Assembly: GCA_001600695.1 (NCBI GenBank) | Contig: BCKQ01000006.1 | Location: forward strand, 992,864 to 1,044,132 | Length of the DNA stretch: 51,269 nucleotides | Direction of reading: 5' to 3' | From: Ascoidea asiatica JCM 7603 | Taxonomy: Eukaryota > Fungi > Ascomycota | Shown: piece after piece, positions 1-11,772 of the stretch | How positions within the stretch are numbered: the stretch's first letter is position 1 | Layout: each line of letters opens with the position of its first letter | Translations under genes and position numbers: made by a program | Notes under the pieces: model-generated | What the model was told of the DNA's origin: nothing | Databases searched by the model: none | The model's input: only the letters and a program-made list of their open reading frames with translations

Positions 1-383
1 AAGGCACCTGTCATAGTTAAAATATATTTGAATTAAACTTAAAAGAGATAAAAATAAAGAAATAATAATTGCCTGTAAAAGCACAAAAAAAGAAAAAGTA
101 AAATAAATGAAAACAATTTTAACAAAAACAGAATTTTAACTATATTTCAGTAATCTCCAGACAGATAAATACGCTTTGAAATCAGTAAAGCTTGTTGGTT
201 GCTTTTTGGAGTCCCACTTAAAACCACTGAAAGTTCATTTATTTTGAATTACAACTATTCTTTGAAATTCAAATATAATTCTTATTTATTCAGTGTTTTC
301 TAATAGCTTTAACGTAAATTCAAATTAAATTACACTCTTGTAACTTAACAAAAGATCAGCCAGCTTCAATACACACTTAGAAA

Positions 384-953
384 ATGGATCAGTACTCTTT
401 ACCTTCACCTTTAAGGTTATGCTCACTTTCAAAAATAGAAGAAGAAGAACTTTTGGATCATTTATTTGAACCTTGTCCAACTTTGAAGAAACTCTTGATT
501 CCTATGCTCTTTTCAAGTTTTCAAAAATATGAAACTTATAAAGAATTTATTGAATTTTCAAGAAAACAATTATTTACATTGTTATTAAATGAAAAAAACA
601 ATATTTTATTGGAAAAAGATATCAATGAAATAATTGCTGCACATCCTAGATTAGGTGCAACTAAAAAGAATATCACCCAATTATCAGTTCATTCTCAAAA
701 GGAACAAGAAAGTTTGTTGAAGATTTCTGAAACTGAAGCTATAAAGTTGAAAGAATTGAATAAGCTATATGAAAATACATTTCCTGGCTTAAGATATGTA
801 GTTTTTGTAAATGGAAGATCAAGACAAGTTATAATGGAAAACATGATAAAAAGAATAAATAGAAATGATATTGCTCTTGAGAAAAGAGAAGCATTTAATG
901 CAATGTGTGATATAGCTTTAGATAGGGCAAAAAAACTTGGTGCCAAATTATAA
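384..953 (+). CDS. OHCU decarboxylase (2-oxo-4-hydroxy-4-carboxy-5-ureidoimidazoline decarboxylase, UraD family), probably peroxisomal
   Basis: 189 aa with IAAHPRLG, S..EQ and LNKLYENTFPGLRYVVFVNGRSR, MCDIALDRA motifs of the fungal OHCU decarboxylase family; C-terminal AKL is a PTS1 signal. Confidence 0.88.
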   Translation: MDQYSLPSPLRLCSLSKIEEEELLDHLFEPCPTLKKLLIPMLFSSFQKYETYKEFIEFSRKQLFTLLLNEKNNILLEKDINEIIAAHPRLGATKKNITQLSVHSQKEQESLLKISETEAIKLKELNKLYENTFPGLRYVVFVNGRSRQVIMENMIKRINRNDIALEKREAFNAMCDIALDRAKKLGAKL

Positions 954-1554
954 ATTTTCTTTTATTTTCAAATTAAATGAACATGCTATTATCTTATTAT
1001 ATCAATAACCCAGTTAGCTTTACTTATATTTCTAACAATTAATTTTATGCAAAAATGGATTCAATATCTAAAATTTCGAAGTCAGTAACTTTTGTGAAGT
1101 TTGATAAATACTTAAAATCGAATAAAACATAAATACATACTTATTTCAATAAAAAAATAATTCACTATTTCATTTTCCACTAAAGAATTTTAGGACACAC
1201 AAAAATATCAAATCATCAATATGGGAGTATACTTTTTATATTTCTAGTTTAATTAAAAATCAATTAAAAAATTGTCATCGTTTATTATTATTAAAATAGA
1301 TGAAATAAAAGTATGAAATTAAAATGATAAGGTAGAAAAAAAAAACTGAAAATTTTAAGAAAGAATTTATATAAAAATTCAAAATAAAAATTTAAAATAA
1401 AAATAAAAATAAAAATAAAAATAAAGATAAGAAATAAAAATTTAAGATTAAAATCATAATTATAATTAAAGAATGATAAATTTTCAATTATAATATATAT
1501 TTTTGAAGGTATTTATATATTGATATAGTTGATTAAAAAGAGAAACAATATAAT

Positions 1555-2634
1555 TCACAAAAAATAATCAGGAGTCTTTCTTGTAACAGTTGGTTCACCA
1601 GGTCTAACAGAGGGATCATACTGTAAGAACTGTCTATTATGCTGTTCATCAACTTCCATAATTGCAGCTTGATTACCACATCTATAACAATAATTTGGAG
1701 CAGAAAATATAGTTACAACCAATTGTGTATGAGACCAAGAATAACCTTCCATAACTAATTGATGAGCTCTTGCAATTAAAGATAAATTATTTGTCTGATT
1801 AAATTGTTTTGAAATATCTGAACCAAATGTAAAACCAGCACCTCTTGGACTTATACCCCAACCAGTTCTTTCATCAGGATCAGACCATAATAAATCACAC
1901 ATTGGACCTTCATGAGGTACTTCTTGTACTCTTTGTAATAATCTTACTTGATCAATTGTTTCAAGCATTGGAGATAAACCACCATGAAGACAAAATATTC
2001 TATTATCTACAAGAGCAGTAATTGGAAAATAATCAAATAAATCTGTAAATAATTTCCAAACTTCTGCAGAACCATATTTTCTTAAACATTCATCATAAAA
2101 TCCATAAACTTGAGTTATTTGTCTTGATTCATGATTACCTCTTAATATTGTAATTCTATTTGGATATCTTACTTTCATTGCAACTAAAAAACTAACAGTT
2201 TCAACAGAATAATAACCTCTATCAACATAATCACCCATAAATAAATAATTAGTATCAGGACATGGACCACCAATTTTAAATAATTCCATTAAATCATGAA
2301 ATTGACCATGAACATCACCACATATTGTTACAGGTACATGTACAGGTTGAACATTTTCTTCAAATTGTAAAACATCAGCAGCCATTTTACATAATTTTGA
2401 TACATTATCTTCAGTTAAAGGATTACAGTTAGCTAATTGTTCAATCCATTGATCTAATTGATTAATATTTGAGTCAGATAATTCTGGAGGAGGACCTTCT
2501 TTTTGTTCAAAAGCTGGATTGAAAGAGTAATCTCCATTTGAAGAAGTTTCTTGAGGTTCTTCATCTTCTTCCAAGCTTGGATCTAAACGATTATCAACTT
2601 GATCTTGCATTGTAATATCACCATCCATGTCCAT
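1555..2634 (-). CDS. PPH21: Protein phosphatase 2A catalytic subunit (Pph21/Pph22 type)
   Basis: GDVHGQ, GDYVDRG, RGNHE PPP motifs, [12 protein letters not shown]-terminal TPDYFL; acidic N-terminal extension typical of yeast Pph21/22. Confidence 0.97.
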   Translation of the reverse strand: MDMDGDITMQDQVDNRLDPSLEEDEEPQETSSNGDYSFNPAFEQKEGPPPELSDSNINQLDQWIEQLANCNPLTEDNVSKLCKMAADVLQFEENVQPVHVPVTICGDVHGQFHDLMELFKIGGPCPDTNYLFMGDYVDRGYYSVETVSFLVAMKVRYPNRITILRGNHESRQITQVYGFYDECLRKYGSAEVWKLFTDLFDYFPITALVDNRIFCLHGGLSPMLETIDQVRLLQRVQEVPHEGPMCDLLWSDPDERTGWGISPRGAGFTFGSDISKQFNQTNNLSLIARAHQLVMEGYSWSHTQLVVTIFSAPNYCYRCGNQAAIMEVDEQHNRQFLQYDPSVRPGEPTVTRKTPDYFL

Positions 2635-2724
2635 ATTATATTATATTGTATTATATTTTATTAATGATATTAAATTATTATTTTATTTTTTAAAAATTGA
2701 AATTAAAATGAAAAAAAAGGGAAA

Positions 2725-3151
2725 CTAAAGGAAAATAAGAGACATTGAAGAGAAAAAGAATATTATGGTTAGTATCATTGTTATAATGTTAAATAATTCA
2801 ACCTTTAATTGATTGACAATGTTATTGATTAAAATGAATAATATCAAATATTACGAGAAATGTTTTTGAAAATGATTTTTTCTTTAACAACGGATTAAGA
2901 GAGCAAATTTGATTAAGATTTAACTTGAATTGAATTTAGAAGATTGTCTTTGTGATTAAGATTATGATTAAAGATATGATTATGATTATAATTTTGATTA
3001 TGAATGTGATTATAATTACTGATTGTAAGTTTGTAAGTGGAGTGTGATTGTAATTAGAATAATTCAAGATTTATGAAAATATTGTAAAATGTTAAATATG
3101 TGATTGTGATGAATAAGATTAAATCTTGGATAAAGCAAATAAAGTACTTAC
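2725..3151 (-). other. Spliceosomal intron in the PPH21 5' UTR (427 nt)
   Basis: Minus strand: CTG|GTAAGT donor at 3151, perfect TACTAAC branch point (2774-2768), long pyrimidine tract, TTTAG acceptor at 2725, 90 nt before the ATG. Confidence 0.8.
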
Positions 3152-3919
3152 CAGAATGTAGAATATGATAAATGATTATTTGAAATTTATGATTTATAAT
3201 TTATGATTTATAATTTGCAATTTACAATTTGAGAACTATTCACAAATAAATGTTTATATTGATATTGATATTGATATTGGTTTTGCTATTGATATTGAAA
3301 TTGAATTGGGATTGAATATATGAAATATTAATATCAATAACATTAACAACATTAATAACAGTAGCGTCAACAGTAGCGTTACCATTTACAATACTGCAAT
3401 TGTAGTATTCTGCCGTACTCTTTAATGTTGTACAGTACAGTACTATCACTACTACTACTATTACCGCTGCCATTACCACCTTTACCACTGATATTACCAG
3501 CTACAACACCACTAACACTGCTAATACTAATACTAACACTAACAAACTGCCTTCAATCCCACAGTTACCATACGTAATGAAATACTCAAAACTAACAGCC
3601 TCCAAGTCAGGTGTCTGGTCACGTTATACGTTATAGTCTGAGGACGTGTCACGAGACACTATCTCAACCAGATCTCTCAAGATCTCAAATTTCCGTCTTT
3701 TTTTCAATCGAAATTTCTTCTTCCGTTTGAAGATTTTACTGCAACGGATTGAGATCATGTGTGATAGATTTCAGGGAATATTTGAATCATCAGAAGAAGC
3801 ACAAGAAGCAAGAACAACAGAAGTGAGATCAGAACAAGTATCAATATAAGAAAGAACAATCCAAATAAAGCAAGAGGCCATCAATTATTTTCAAACATCT
3901 GGTTCAACTACTTTTGTAT

Positions 3920-5161
3920 ATGTATCAAGATATGACTGTGTCTTCTTTTGGATCCCCAAATCAAAACACCATACATGAGAAAAAAGATTCTTCAACTGCT
4001 CAAGATAATTCTGATCAGAAAGCTAGTCAACTTGAAGAGGACGAAGATATACCAATTCTAATTACTGATCAAGAGATAATAAATTGTTCTTTTTCGAATT
4101 GGTACCCTATTTTCAAATCTCATTCTCCGAAAGCTCATATACTAAGACCTATACCGAAATCTTTCATAGATTATTTATTTCAAGATGGTATTACTTTACC
4201 TAATGAATATTATAATTCTACAACTGGAAAAAACTCAAACATAAATAAAAATGAATGGGAAGAAAATTCAGACTATCAATTATCCTCTAATATTTCTAAT
4301 AATCTCAATAATCTAGATCCAACTGAAAAATTCACTAATTTTCATAATCAAATAAAATTAATCCTTATTAATAATGGTCCAATTTTCCCAAAACTTAACT
4401 GGTCAGCTCCAAAGGATGCTAAATGGATTTTACCTGATTCAATTTTAAAATGCTATACAACTTCCGATGTTTATATGCTTTTAAAGTCCTCTGATCATAT
4501 ATTATTTGACTTAACCAAAATGCTAAAAGTTTATGATACCACTACTACCACTACTACCGCTACTGCTATTACTACTGTTAGTGCGGATGAAAATAATAAT
4601 AATAAAAACTTCGAGTTTGAACTAGTTTTAAAGGAATGGTTTAATATAAATCCTTCTTTAGAGTTTAGAGTTTTTATTAAAAATAAAAAAATTATCGCCA
4701 TTTCTCAAAAAGATTCAAATTATTATCAATTTTTACAAAAAATAGCTTCCAAAATTAAATTAAAAATCTTTACATTTTTCAATAATATTGTAAAACAAAA
4801 TTTTATTAATAATAATTATATAATTGATCTATATTTACCGATTTCAACTGAAAAAATTTATATTATAGATTTTAATCCTTTTTCAAAACAATCAGATTCT
4901 TTATTGTTCAATTGGAATGAACTAATTAACTTTTCTTCAAATGATGATTTGGATTTTCAATTAAGATTTGTAGATAAATTTAATTCAAAATCCTTTTTAG
5001 TAAAACCTTATTCCGAAAGTCAAGTCCCTAGAGATGTTGTAGATGCTTCAATGGATGCTTCAGCTATGGTAGATCTACTCAAACAGTGGCAAAACTCCTT
5101 AGACAAAAATAATGATCAACTTTCATCAGATTCAGATACTGATTCATATACAAAATCTTAA
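3920..5161 (+). CDS. CDC123: Cdc123/D123 ATP-grasp eIF2 assembly factor
   Basis: CSFSNWYP, FPKLNWSAPKDAKWI, LLKSSD, EFRVFIK..IIAISQ, IIDFNPF motifs; first ATG at 3920 (alternative 3932); the ORF track starts at a TTG. Confidence 0.95.
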   Translation: MYQDMTVSSFGSPNQNTIHEKKDSSTAQDNSDQKASQLEEDEDIPILITDQEIINCSFSNWYPIFKSHSPKAHILRPIPKSFIDYLFQDGITLPNEYYNSTTGKNSNINKNEWEENSDYQLSSNISNNLNNLDPTEKFTNFHNQIKLILINNGPIFPKLNWSAPKDAKWILPDSILKCYTTSDVYMLLKSSDHILFDLTKMLKVYDTTTTTTTATAITTVSADENNNNKNFEFELVLKEWFNINPSLEFRVFIKNKKIIAISQKDSNYYQFLQKIASKIKLKIFTFFNNIVKQNFINNNYIIDLYLPISTEKIYIIDFNPFSKQSDSLLFNWNELINFSSNDDLDFQLRFVDKFNSKSFLVKPYSESQVPRDVVDASMDASAMVDLLKQWQNSLDKNNDQLSSDSDTDSYTKS

Positions 5162-5207
5162 ACAAAATTCAAATAATTCTTTCTAGTTTTTCTAAAATGT
5201 TATTGAG

Positions 5208-7558
5208 TTAATCTTCAAAACTATTACATTTTGAGATTGGAAATTCTTCTTCTTGTCCTTTCAACGGTCCTTCTGTATAATAAAGTTTTGGTCTATATCC
5301 AGGTTCTTGATTCATAACACTTGAACTGCGAAATTTAGAAATCAAGTTTTCTTTCCCTTGTCTATATCATCACATTATTCTCATTACAAGTTTCATAATT
5401 TTGTTAGTTTTCCACATTCTCTAATACTTTAATTTTATTCACACCTCAAATTTCAAAATAATATACTTACACATTTGCATATGAAATATCACAAATTTTT
5501 TCTGAATTAAACCTATTCCATTTAGTTCCCACTCTTGCTTTAGCAAAAGTTATAATGTGCTCTGGCGAGATAAAAGATATAAATGCATATCCAACGCTTT
5601 TAAAAATTATTAGTAATTAGTTTTTTTCTAAAAAAAATTCAAAAAAAAAGAATTTTATTTATTAGCTCAAAAAATACGTACTTGCAATGATTAATGAAAT
5701 CAATTCTTAAATCTTGTTATTTAATTTTTTCAAAAAAGTGAAATTTTGTTAGTAAATCTTTTTCATTTTTTCATTTCTTTAGTAGCACAAAGTAATATTT
5801 ACAAAGGAAATCATAGGTGTATTCATTAGTTTCATCAATATATTCTTTCAACATTTGCTGATCTACTTTATTTGGAATATTTCTTATCATTAATGTTGTT
5901 CTTTTATCTTGACCTCTTGCAATTCTATCCAAATCAACAATGTTTTTACCTGGAACTGATCCACATCTCATTGAAACTTGTTTAGTTCCATTTATAAAAT
6001 TTGTTTGGTAATTTGGATGGAAAGCATTATTTTGTAAACTATAAAATCTAGATTTAGATCCAGATGGAGCAGGGGTAATAGTGGACCTTACAGATTTAAA
6101 GTTAATCAATTGAGGTGAATATTCATTTCTAGTAATTCTATTATAGCCAATTGTTTTATAACGAGAACTATTAACACTTTTTTTTTCATTGGTAAGCTGA
6201 AAAAGTAACTTAATATCAGTGGAAAGAATTAGCATTGATCCATTAATAATGCATCCATTTAACTTGGCTATGGATTTCTGAACAGCTAAAACATTGTAAT
6301 AACTACAAAATATCAATGTCTCTGAAATATTAGAAGATTCTAATTTACTAAAAAATTTCAAATCCTCAATGCTACTCATCTTTGTCTTAATCAGATATAA
6401 AAGCTTGTTACTTTGAACTCCCTCAATTACATTAATATAAACATTAGAACTAGATTCGTTTAATCCAGAAAGAGTAAGTCCATTTTGTAAAATAACTTGG
6501 TTTAATGAACATGAATACTCAACTGAAAAATTAATATCAGTTTCATAACTATAATCCTCAAGAATATTTTTAAATGCCTTCTCTGCATGCCGAATATCAA
6601 ACCAACCAACAATAATCTCAAGAAAATAATCATTAAATTCCGAAAATTCAATAATGGCAACTTCTCCATAACTTGTGCATAATTGTTTAAGTAACTCTAT
6701 ATTTGAACCTATAGGGAAATATTTCAATAAAAGAACCCTACTGGTAATTTCATTGTTATTAGATGATGGTTGAAGTAGTGAATTGTGTGTGAAGTTAAAA
6801 ATCTTTTTATTTTTTAGATTAGGATTTTGTTCAAGTGTTTGAATTTTAAGTGCTTTAAAATTATTTTTCATGTTATGATTTTGATTTTGATTTTGAAGTT
6901 GCATTTGAGGTTGAATTTGATTTTGAGTAAAAATTTGATTCAGATTTTGACTTTGATTTTGTATCTGGCTCTGATTTCCGACCATAGCTAATTTACTATT
7001 TATAATGGAAGATTCATTAATTGCTCTTTGGTCATTCATAGTGGTACCTAGTAAATTATCCGAGGTTTCAGTTTTATTTAGTGTGATCATTGAAGGCTGT
7101 TGAACATTGGAGGGATAAAAATGTGATTGTTGCTGATTTACATCAACATGGTCTGTCAAAAAATTTGGGTATAATTCCGAATATAGATTTGTATATTCAT
7201 CAGCATATGTATTGGATTGATCTAGAATAGGAAATGATTGTTTTTTATTTTTTGAAAGATTCTGATATTTACTAGGAATGATGTCATTTTCAAATGAATT
7301 TATACCATCAGACTGATCTTCGTGCTTTACAAAGTACAATTTGTTATCTAAATTGGAATTTGCATGGAATGGAAAAGGGGCCACTGAAGATTGATTAGAA
7401 ATATCTGTAAATGGAAGCTTTCTTTGGTTAAAAAATGAAGTTTGAAGTGAATTAATGCTATTAGTTGTATTATTATTCTCATTATGTTGAATGTTGGAGT
7501 TTTGAAGTAAATAATTGGTATTTTCGGGCTGACAAAAATTAGGAGGTGAAATATTCAT
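5208..7558 (-). CDS. mei2: Mei2-like RNA-binding protein, 4 exons (7558-5803, 5712-5682, 5596-5471, 5361-5208), 688 aa
   Basis: Splicing three GT..AG introns restores the Mei2-specific C-terminal RRM3: DKRTTLMIRNIPNK...TYDFL/YLRIDFINHC/NVGYAFISF...KWNRFNSEKICDISYAN/VQGKENLISKFRSSSVM...YRPKLYY; two degenerate N-terminal RRMs (SRVLLLKYFP..YGEV..WFDIRHAEKA; YYNV.A..SIAKLNG); exon phases are consistent. Confidence 0.9.
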
Positions 7559-8626
7559 TTTAGTGAAAATTAAGATTTAAATGTTGAAAAGAGAAACAAT
7601 TAGCAGGGAGGTAATTAAGAAAAGATTCACCTTTAATAACTTGGCAAAAATATCTGTTGTTTTTTCTAAATAAAATTCAAATCACTTCTTGAGAATTTTT
7701 AAATGTGATTAAAACCTAAATATAATAAAGATAGATTAATTTTTGACAATTACTAGGAAAAATAAAATATTATAAGAATAAAAAAAGGTTTGATCTAAAC
7801 AAAAAGATAGAAAATTTAAAAAGCAATTGCAATTAATTTCTGATAAAAACCAAAAAAAAGCTTGTTTTGAAAGAAAAAAATAAGGAAAAAAAAATAAAAG
7901 AACCAAAAATAGAAAAAAAATCTGCCAAATAAAAAGAGATTTTCAGTTTTAATATTTTGATAGCAATTTGAATGGAACGAAAGAATGTTAATGATGTAAG
8001 GATATTGATTATATTTTTTACTTAATTTATCTGTTGGATTAAAGTAATAAATAGTAAATAATATAAGTTTAGTTGTTAACTCATACAGTATAATAAAAAA
8101 TAAAGATAAAAGAGAAAATTACACTACATTTTCTCCTTAAAAAAAATATCGCTGAAATGAAATTCATAGTTTCTAATTCTATATAAAAGCAAACGACCAA
8201 AAGAAGTTCACAAACAAATTTTTTCTTGGGAACTTTCAAAAATCAAGCAGAAAAAAAGAAGCATTTCCATTTCCATTCCATTTGTATTTGTATTTGTATT
8301 TGTGTATTTACTGAATTTTTTGTTGGCAGAGTTGCGGCAAGTTTTCGCAGTGGAGGTGCTGAAAGAGAATTCGGTTCGTGAGTTTTGGTTCTTCTGCAGA
8401 AGAGAGCCCAGAAAAATGGACTCAGATTACGATTTGAGATTAAAAGAAAATTCAGAGAGTAATATATATACATTTATAAGGATACAGAGCTAAAGCAGCG
8501 ATATTTAGCGAATGAAGACTATGAGATAGGAATATAAAAAATGGAATTTTAAATAGGAATATAAATAGGAATATAAATGGAATTATAAATGAAAATGCAA
8601 TTTCAATTAGCAAGTTACTTATTCAT

Positions 8627-10417
8627 CTAATAATATTGCCATACAGTACTTGGTAAAACCTCATTCATTAGATGCCAATGTTTTAGTGCAATTTTATCTT
8701 GAAATTCATTTAAACGATTGTTATCTTCAGTTAAAATCATGCCTGGTTTTATTTTTGAAATATCAACTCTTCTATATTGTAAAGTATTGAATATATGAAA
8801 TCTTAAGTTTGAGCCATTACATTCTTCTAAAGAAACACTTTTGAAAGACTGAACTTGATAATTATCTTTGTTTCTGCAAAACATTACATAATTATTTGGA
8901 TCATCATAATCAACAATATGAGAACTAGCATTTTTGAGAATTGCATCATGAAATATTTCACAATTATAAACTTCAGAAATAGTTGAGTATACAGATCTTA
9001 TAGCTAAAGAATTCAAAGCTCCATAAATATTAACAACTAAAATTCCATCGGATTTTAAAACATTTTTTTTTATTTTTTCCCAGGCTTCAATAGAATATAA
9101 ATTTGAAGGTACTAACCCTCCAGAAAAAAAATCATGAATAACCAAAGAATATTTTTTTAATAAATTCAAGGAATTAATCCAAACATTTGCATCTTGAATT
9201 ATAATTTCATGTAATTCAGAAGATTTTAAACCAAAATAATCTCTTGAAATTTCGTAAATGACAGGATCAAGCTCTAAAATACTTGTTTCAAAATTTGAGT
9301 CAATAAAACCATTTGCAGCGGAACCAATACCTAACCCGAGTAAAATTACATTTTTTTCTTTAAAAGGAGGATCGATAATCTTTACAGCTTCTTGTAATAT
9401 AAAAGTTGAATAAATTGAATCACCTAATTTAGTTTCATTATTCTCTTGATTTAACCAAAGACCACCTAATAAAGAGTGATCGACTCTCAAATATCTCATT
9501 GGTTGATCATAACGAGATAAGTTTCCTGGATAAAGATCACCAACAACAACTTGACCAGTTATCGAACTTGTAGAATTATAAATAATTAAATCATCAAAAT
9601 GGTCTTTTATTGGATGAACTGGAAATTTCTGATTGGAAAACAATTTTAAAGGTTTTTGAAAAAAAAAATGAGAAGAAAAAATTAAAATAGTAAGTAATAT
9701 AGTTGAAAATTTGTCAAAATTTAAATCTAATTTTTTTGAACTTTTTTTTGATTTAAACATAAAAATTGAAACTGAAATTGAATGAATTATCAGTAAGGTA
9801 AAGGATATCTTGAAAAGATCAAAACTATTTAATAAGCGAAATAATAAGAAATACAATAGTACAGCTGAAAAAAATTGAATCAAGTTCTTTTGGGATTGAA
9901 TTCCGTTTTGAAATTTAGATAAATATTTAAAAGCAAATATGTATGATGGGATTAATCCAAAAATAAAAGTGAAAATAACACAACCATAGATGATTTGATC
10001 AGTAGAAAAAAAGGAAAGGATTCTATTTACTGAAGATACATTATTTAGAGTTACAACAGAAATTTGATAGGTAATATTTTTTGAATATAGTTGCGAGATT
10101 ATTAAGGTAAATGGAATAGGAGTTAAAAAGTCAATAGAGTTTTTGATATCAAGACTTTCTCTTTTAACTTTTGAATCATTATTCTCATTATTGCTATCAT
10201 TATTTTTTACCATTTTAATTGAATGTCTTGGATATAGAATCACATAAAGAATATAAACAAAAACAAAAGCTAAAGGTATATAAGCTGGAGATATTATTTC
10301 CGAATAATGGCCAAACAAAGATTTTAAAGAATTAGCTTGGATCATTGTTAAAGAGAATAAACTTGATAAAACTAAAGTCTCAGACATAATTTGCCTTGAA
10401 GATTGTTTTGAAAACAT
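8627..10417 (-). CDS. Membrane-anchored class I SAM-dependent methyltransferase / spermidine-synthase-like protein
   Basis: Several N-terminal TM segments, then SSITGQVVV, YLRVDHSLLGGLW, YSTFILQEAV, Gly-rich ILLGLGIGS, ELDPVIY, IIIQDA, IHDFFSGG, DGILVVN. Confidence 0.8.
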   Translation of the reverse strand: MFSKQSSRQIMSETLVLSSLFSLTMIQANSLKSLFGHYSEIISPAYIPLAFVFVYILYVILYPRHSIKMVKNNDSNNENNDSKVKRESLDIKNSIDFLTPIPFTLIISQLYSKNITYQISVVTLNNVSSVNRILSFFSTDQIIYGCVIFTFIFGLIPSYIFAFKYLSKFQNGIQSQKNLIQFFSAVLLYFLLFRLLNSFDLFKISFTLLIIHSISVSIFMFKSKKSSKKLDLNFDKFSTILLTILIFSSHFFFQKPLKLFSNQKFPVHPIKDHFDDLIIYNSTSSITGQVVVGDLYPGNLSRYDQPMRYLRVDHSLLGGLWLNQENNETKLGDSIYSTFILQEAVKIIDPPFKEKNVILLGLGIGSAANGFIDSNFETSILELDPVIYEISRDYFGLKSSELHEIIIQDANVWINSLNLLKKYSLVIHDFFSGGLVPSNLYSIEAWEKIKKNVLKSDGILVVNIYGALNSLAIRSVYSTISEVYNCEIFHDAILKNASSHIVDYDDPNNYVMFCRNKDNYQVQSFKSVSLEECNGSNLRFHIFNTLQYRRVDISKIKPGMILTEDNNRLNEFQDKIALKHWHLMNEVLPSTVWQYY

Positions 10418-11512
10418 TTTTTTCAGAATAGCTTTCTTTTAATTTTAATCAGAATTTAAATAACTGAATGAATGTATGTGCTTAATTGAAAAATAGCACA
10501 ATTTTTTATAACAGCAAATTTTTTTTTCATAAAAATTAATATTGAATTGAAAACTTTCTAAATAAAAAGACAAAAAAAAAAGTGAAATACATTTCAATTT
10601 AAATGATATTTTTCGAAGGCATTTTATTCTAGAAATATAATTATTAACCGGTTTTTTTCGAGATGAATTTCATTGATGTTGTAGTATTATTGTTCATTTA
10701 GTTGATAATTAAGTATTGCTTATTGATGCAATAGGAGAAATGTACAGCACTGTGAAAATATATCTATTGAAAACACATTCTTCTATTAATCAAGACGTGT
10801 GAATAGTTCAGAAGTGATTTAAAACATCTTTTTTTTATCTGAAACAAACCATTTTTTAAGTCCCAATAAATATTACGTAATCACCACATAAGCATTTTTG
10901 ATAACAATGATCAATAAAACTAAAGAAAGTGAACCAAAAAAACGGCGCTCGAAGTTTGAGATCCCATAACTCTGGTTCTATGAAAACCCAAAAGATCACG
11001 TAATCGGCCACTTAAAAGTTATTTGAAGCAGTACGCAAAATGTACTCCGCGATAGTACCTAAAGCGCGGAATTCTCGCCAGATTTGAAAATGATTCCAGT
11101 GCTATCAGTTCTTTCGGACGTTCCTGGTGAAGTTATTGCACAGAAGTATGCTCAGATAGATAGCGTGAAGAAAGAGAGAAAGAAGAATAAGATGATCCGA
11201 AAATACCAACTGAGACAAAATACAGCGAGGAGCAAGAGGTAAAAAAAGAAAAAGAAATAGAAACAGGAAATACAGTAACATTAACTAGAAATGAACATGA
11301 AAATGGAAATTGGAATAGACTTAGATAGCTATATAAGATCTTACTGAAGCTGAATGGGTTAATATTCCTAGGCTATTCTACTGGAGTCGTGATTTTTTGC
11401 TCATTATTATCTATAGTGTAAATGATGCTTGATCTCTTATACTGAAATCCTCTTTGGGAAACAATATATTGCTTTCTACTTTCATGTAAATTAGAAATAA
11501 GGTATTATATTA

Positions 11513-11617
11513 GATAAGGAATTGTTTACTATTGTATATCAATACTCATTAATATAATATGACAAAGTGATTGTAAAGATAATATGATAATTTAGTTGAT
11601 AACTATGCATATATAAA
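11513..11617 (+). promoter_or_regulatory. Cluster of four GATAA elements plus TATA box upstream of the oxygenase-like gene
   Basis: GATAAG 11513, GATAA 11578, 11586, 11598, TATATAAA 11610-11617; clustered GATAA sites are the known nitrogen-catabolite-repression elements (Gln3/Gat1). Confidence 0.5.
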
Positions 11618-11772
11618 TCTAGCTTCAATTCTTCTCTTTTTTTTCAAAAATATAATGTTCGATCAATAACAATCAATTAACTGCTCGATCAATAACTCAA
11701 TTATTTAACAATTGGTAAAAATTTCAACTGCATTTCATTTAGACTCATATTAATCATCTTTACATAAAAAAA

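Noticed and set aside
3240-3849. Short ORFs between PPH21 and CDC123
   Set aside because: GTG starts, built from simple repeats in UTR and promoter DNA
7559-8626. Ste11 TR boxes (TTCTTTGTTY), URS1 or MSE upstream of mei2
   Set aside because: No exact match seen, only partial A-rich look-alikes. Near-URS1 words upstream of MSH5 (AGCCGAC, GGCGGTA) are also imperfect
10940-11230. Possible structured ncRNA or tRNA in the GC-rich block
   Set aside because: No cloverleaf, Pol III A/B boxes, C/D or H/ACA boxes or Sm site found; better explained as promoter
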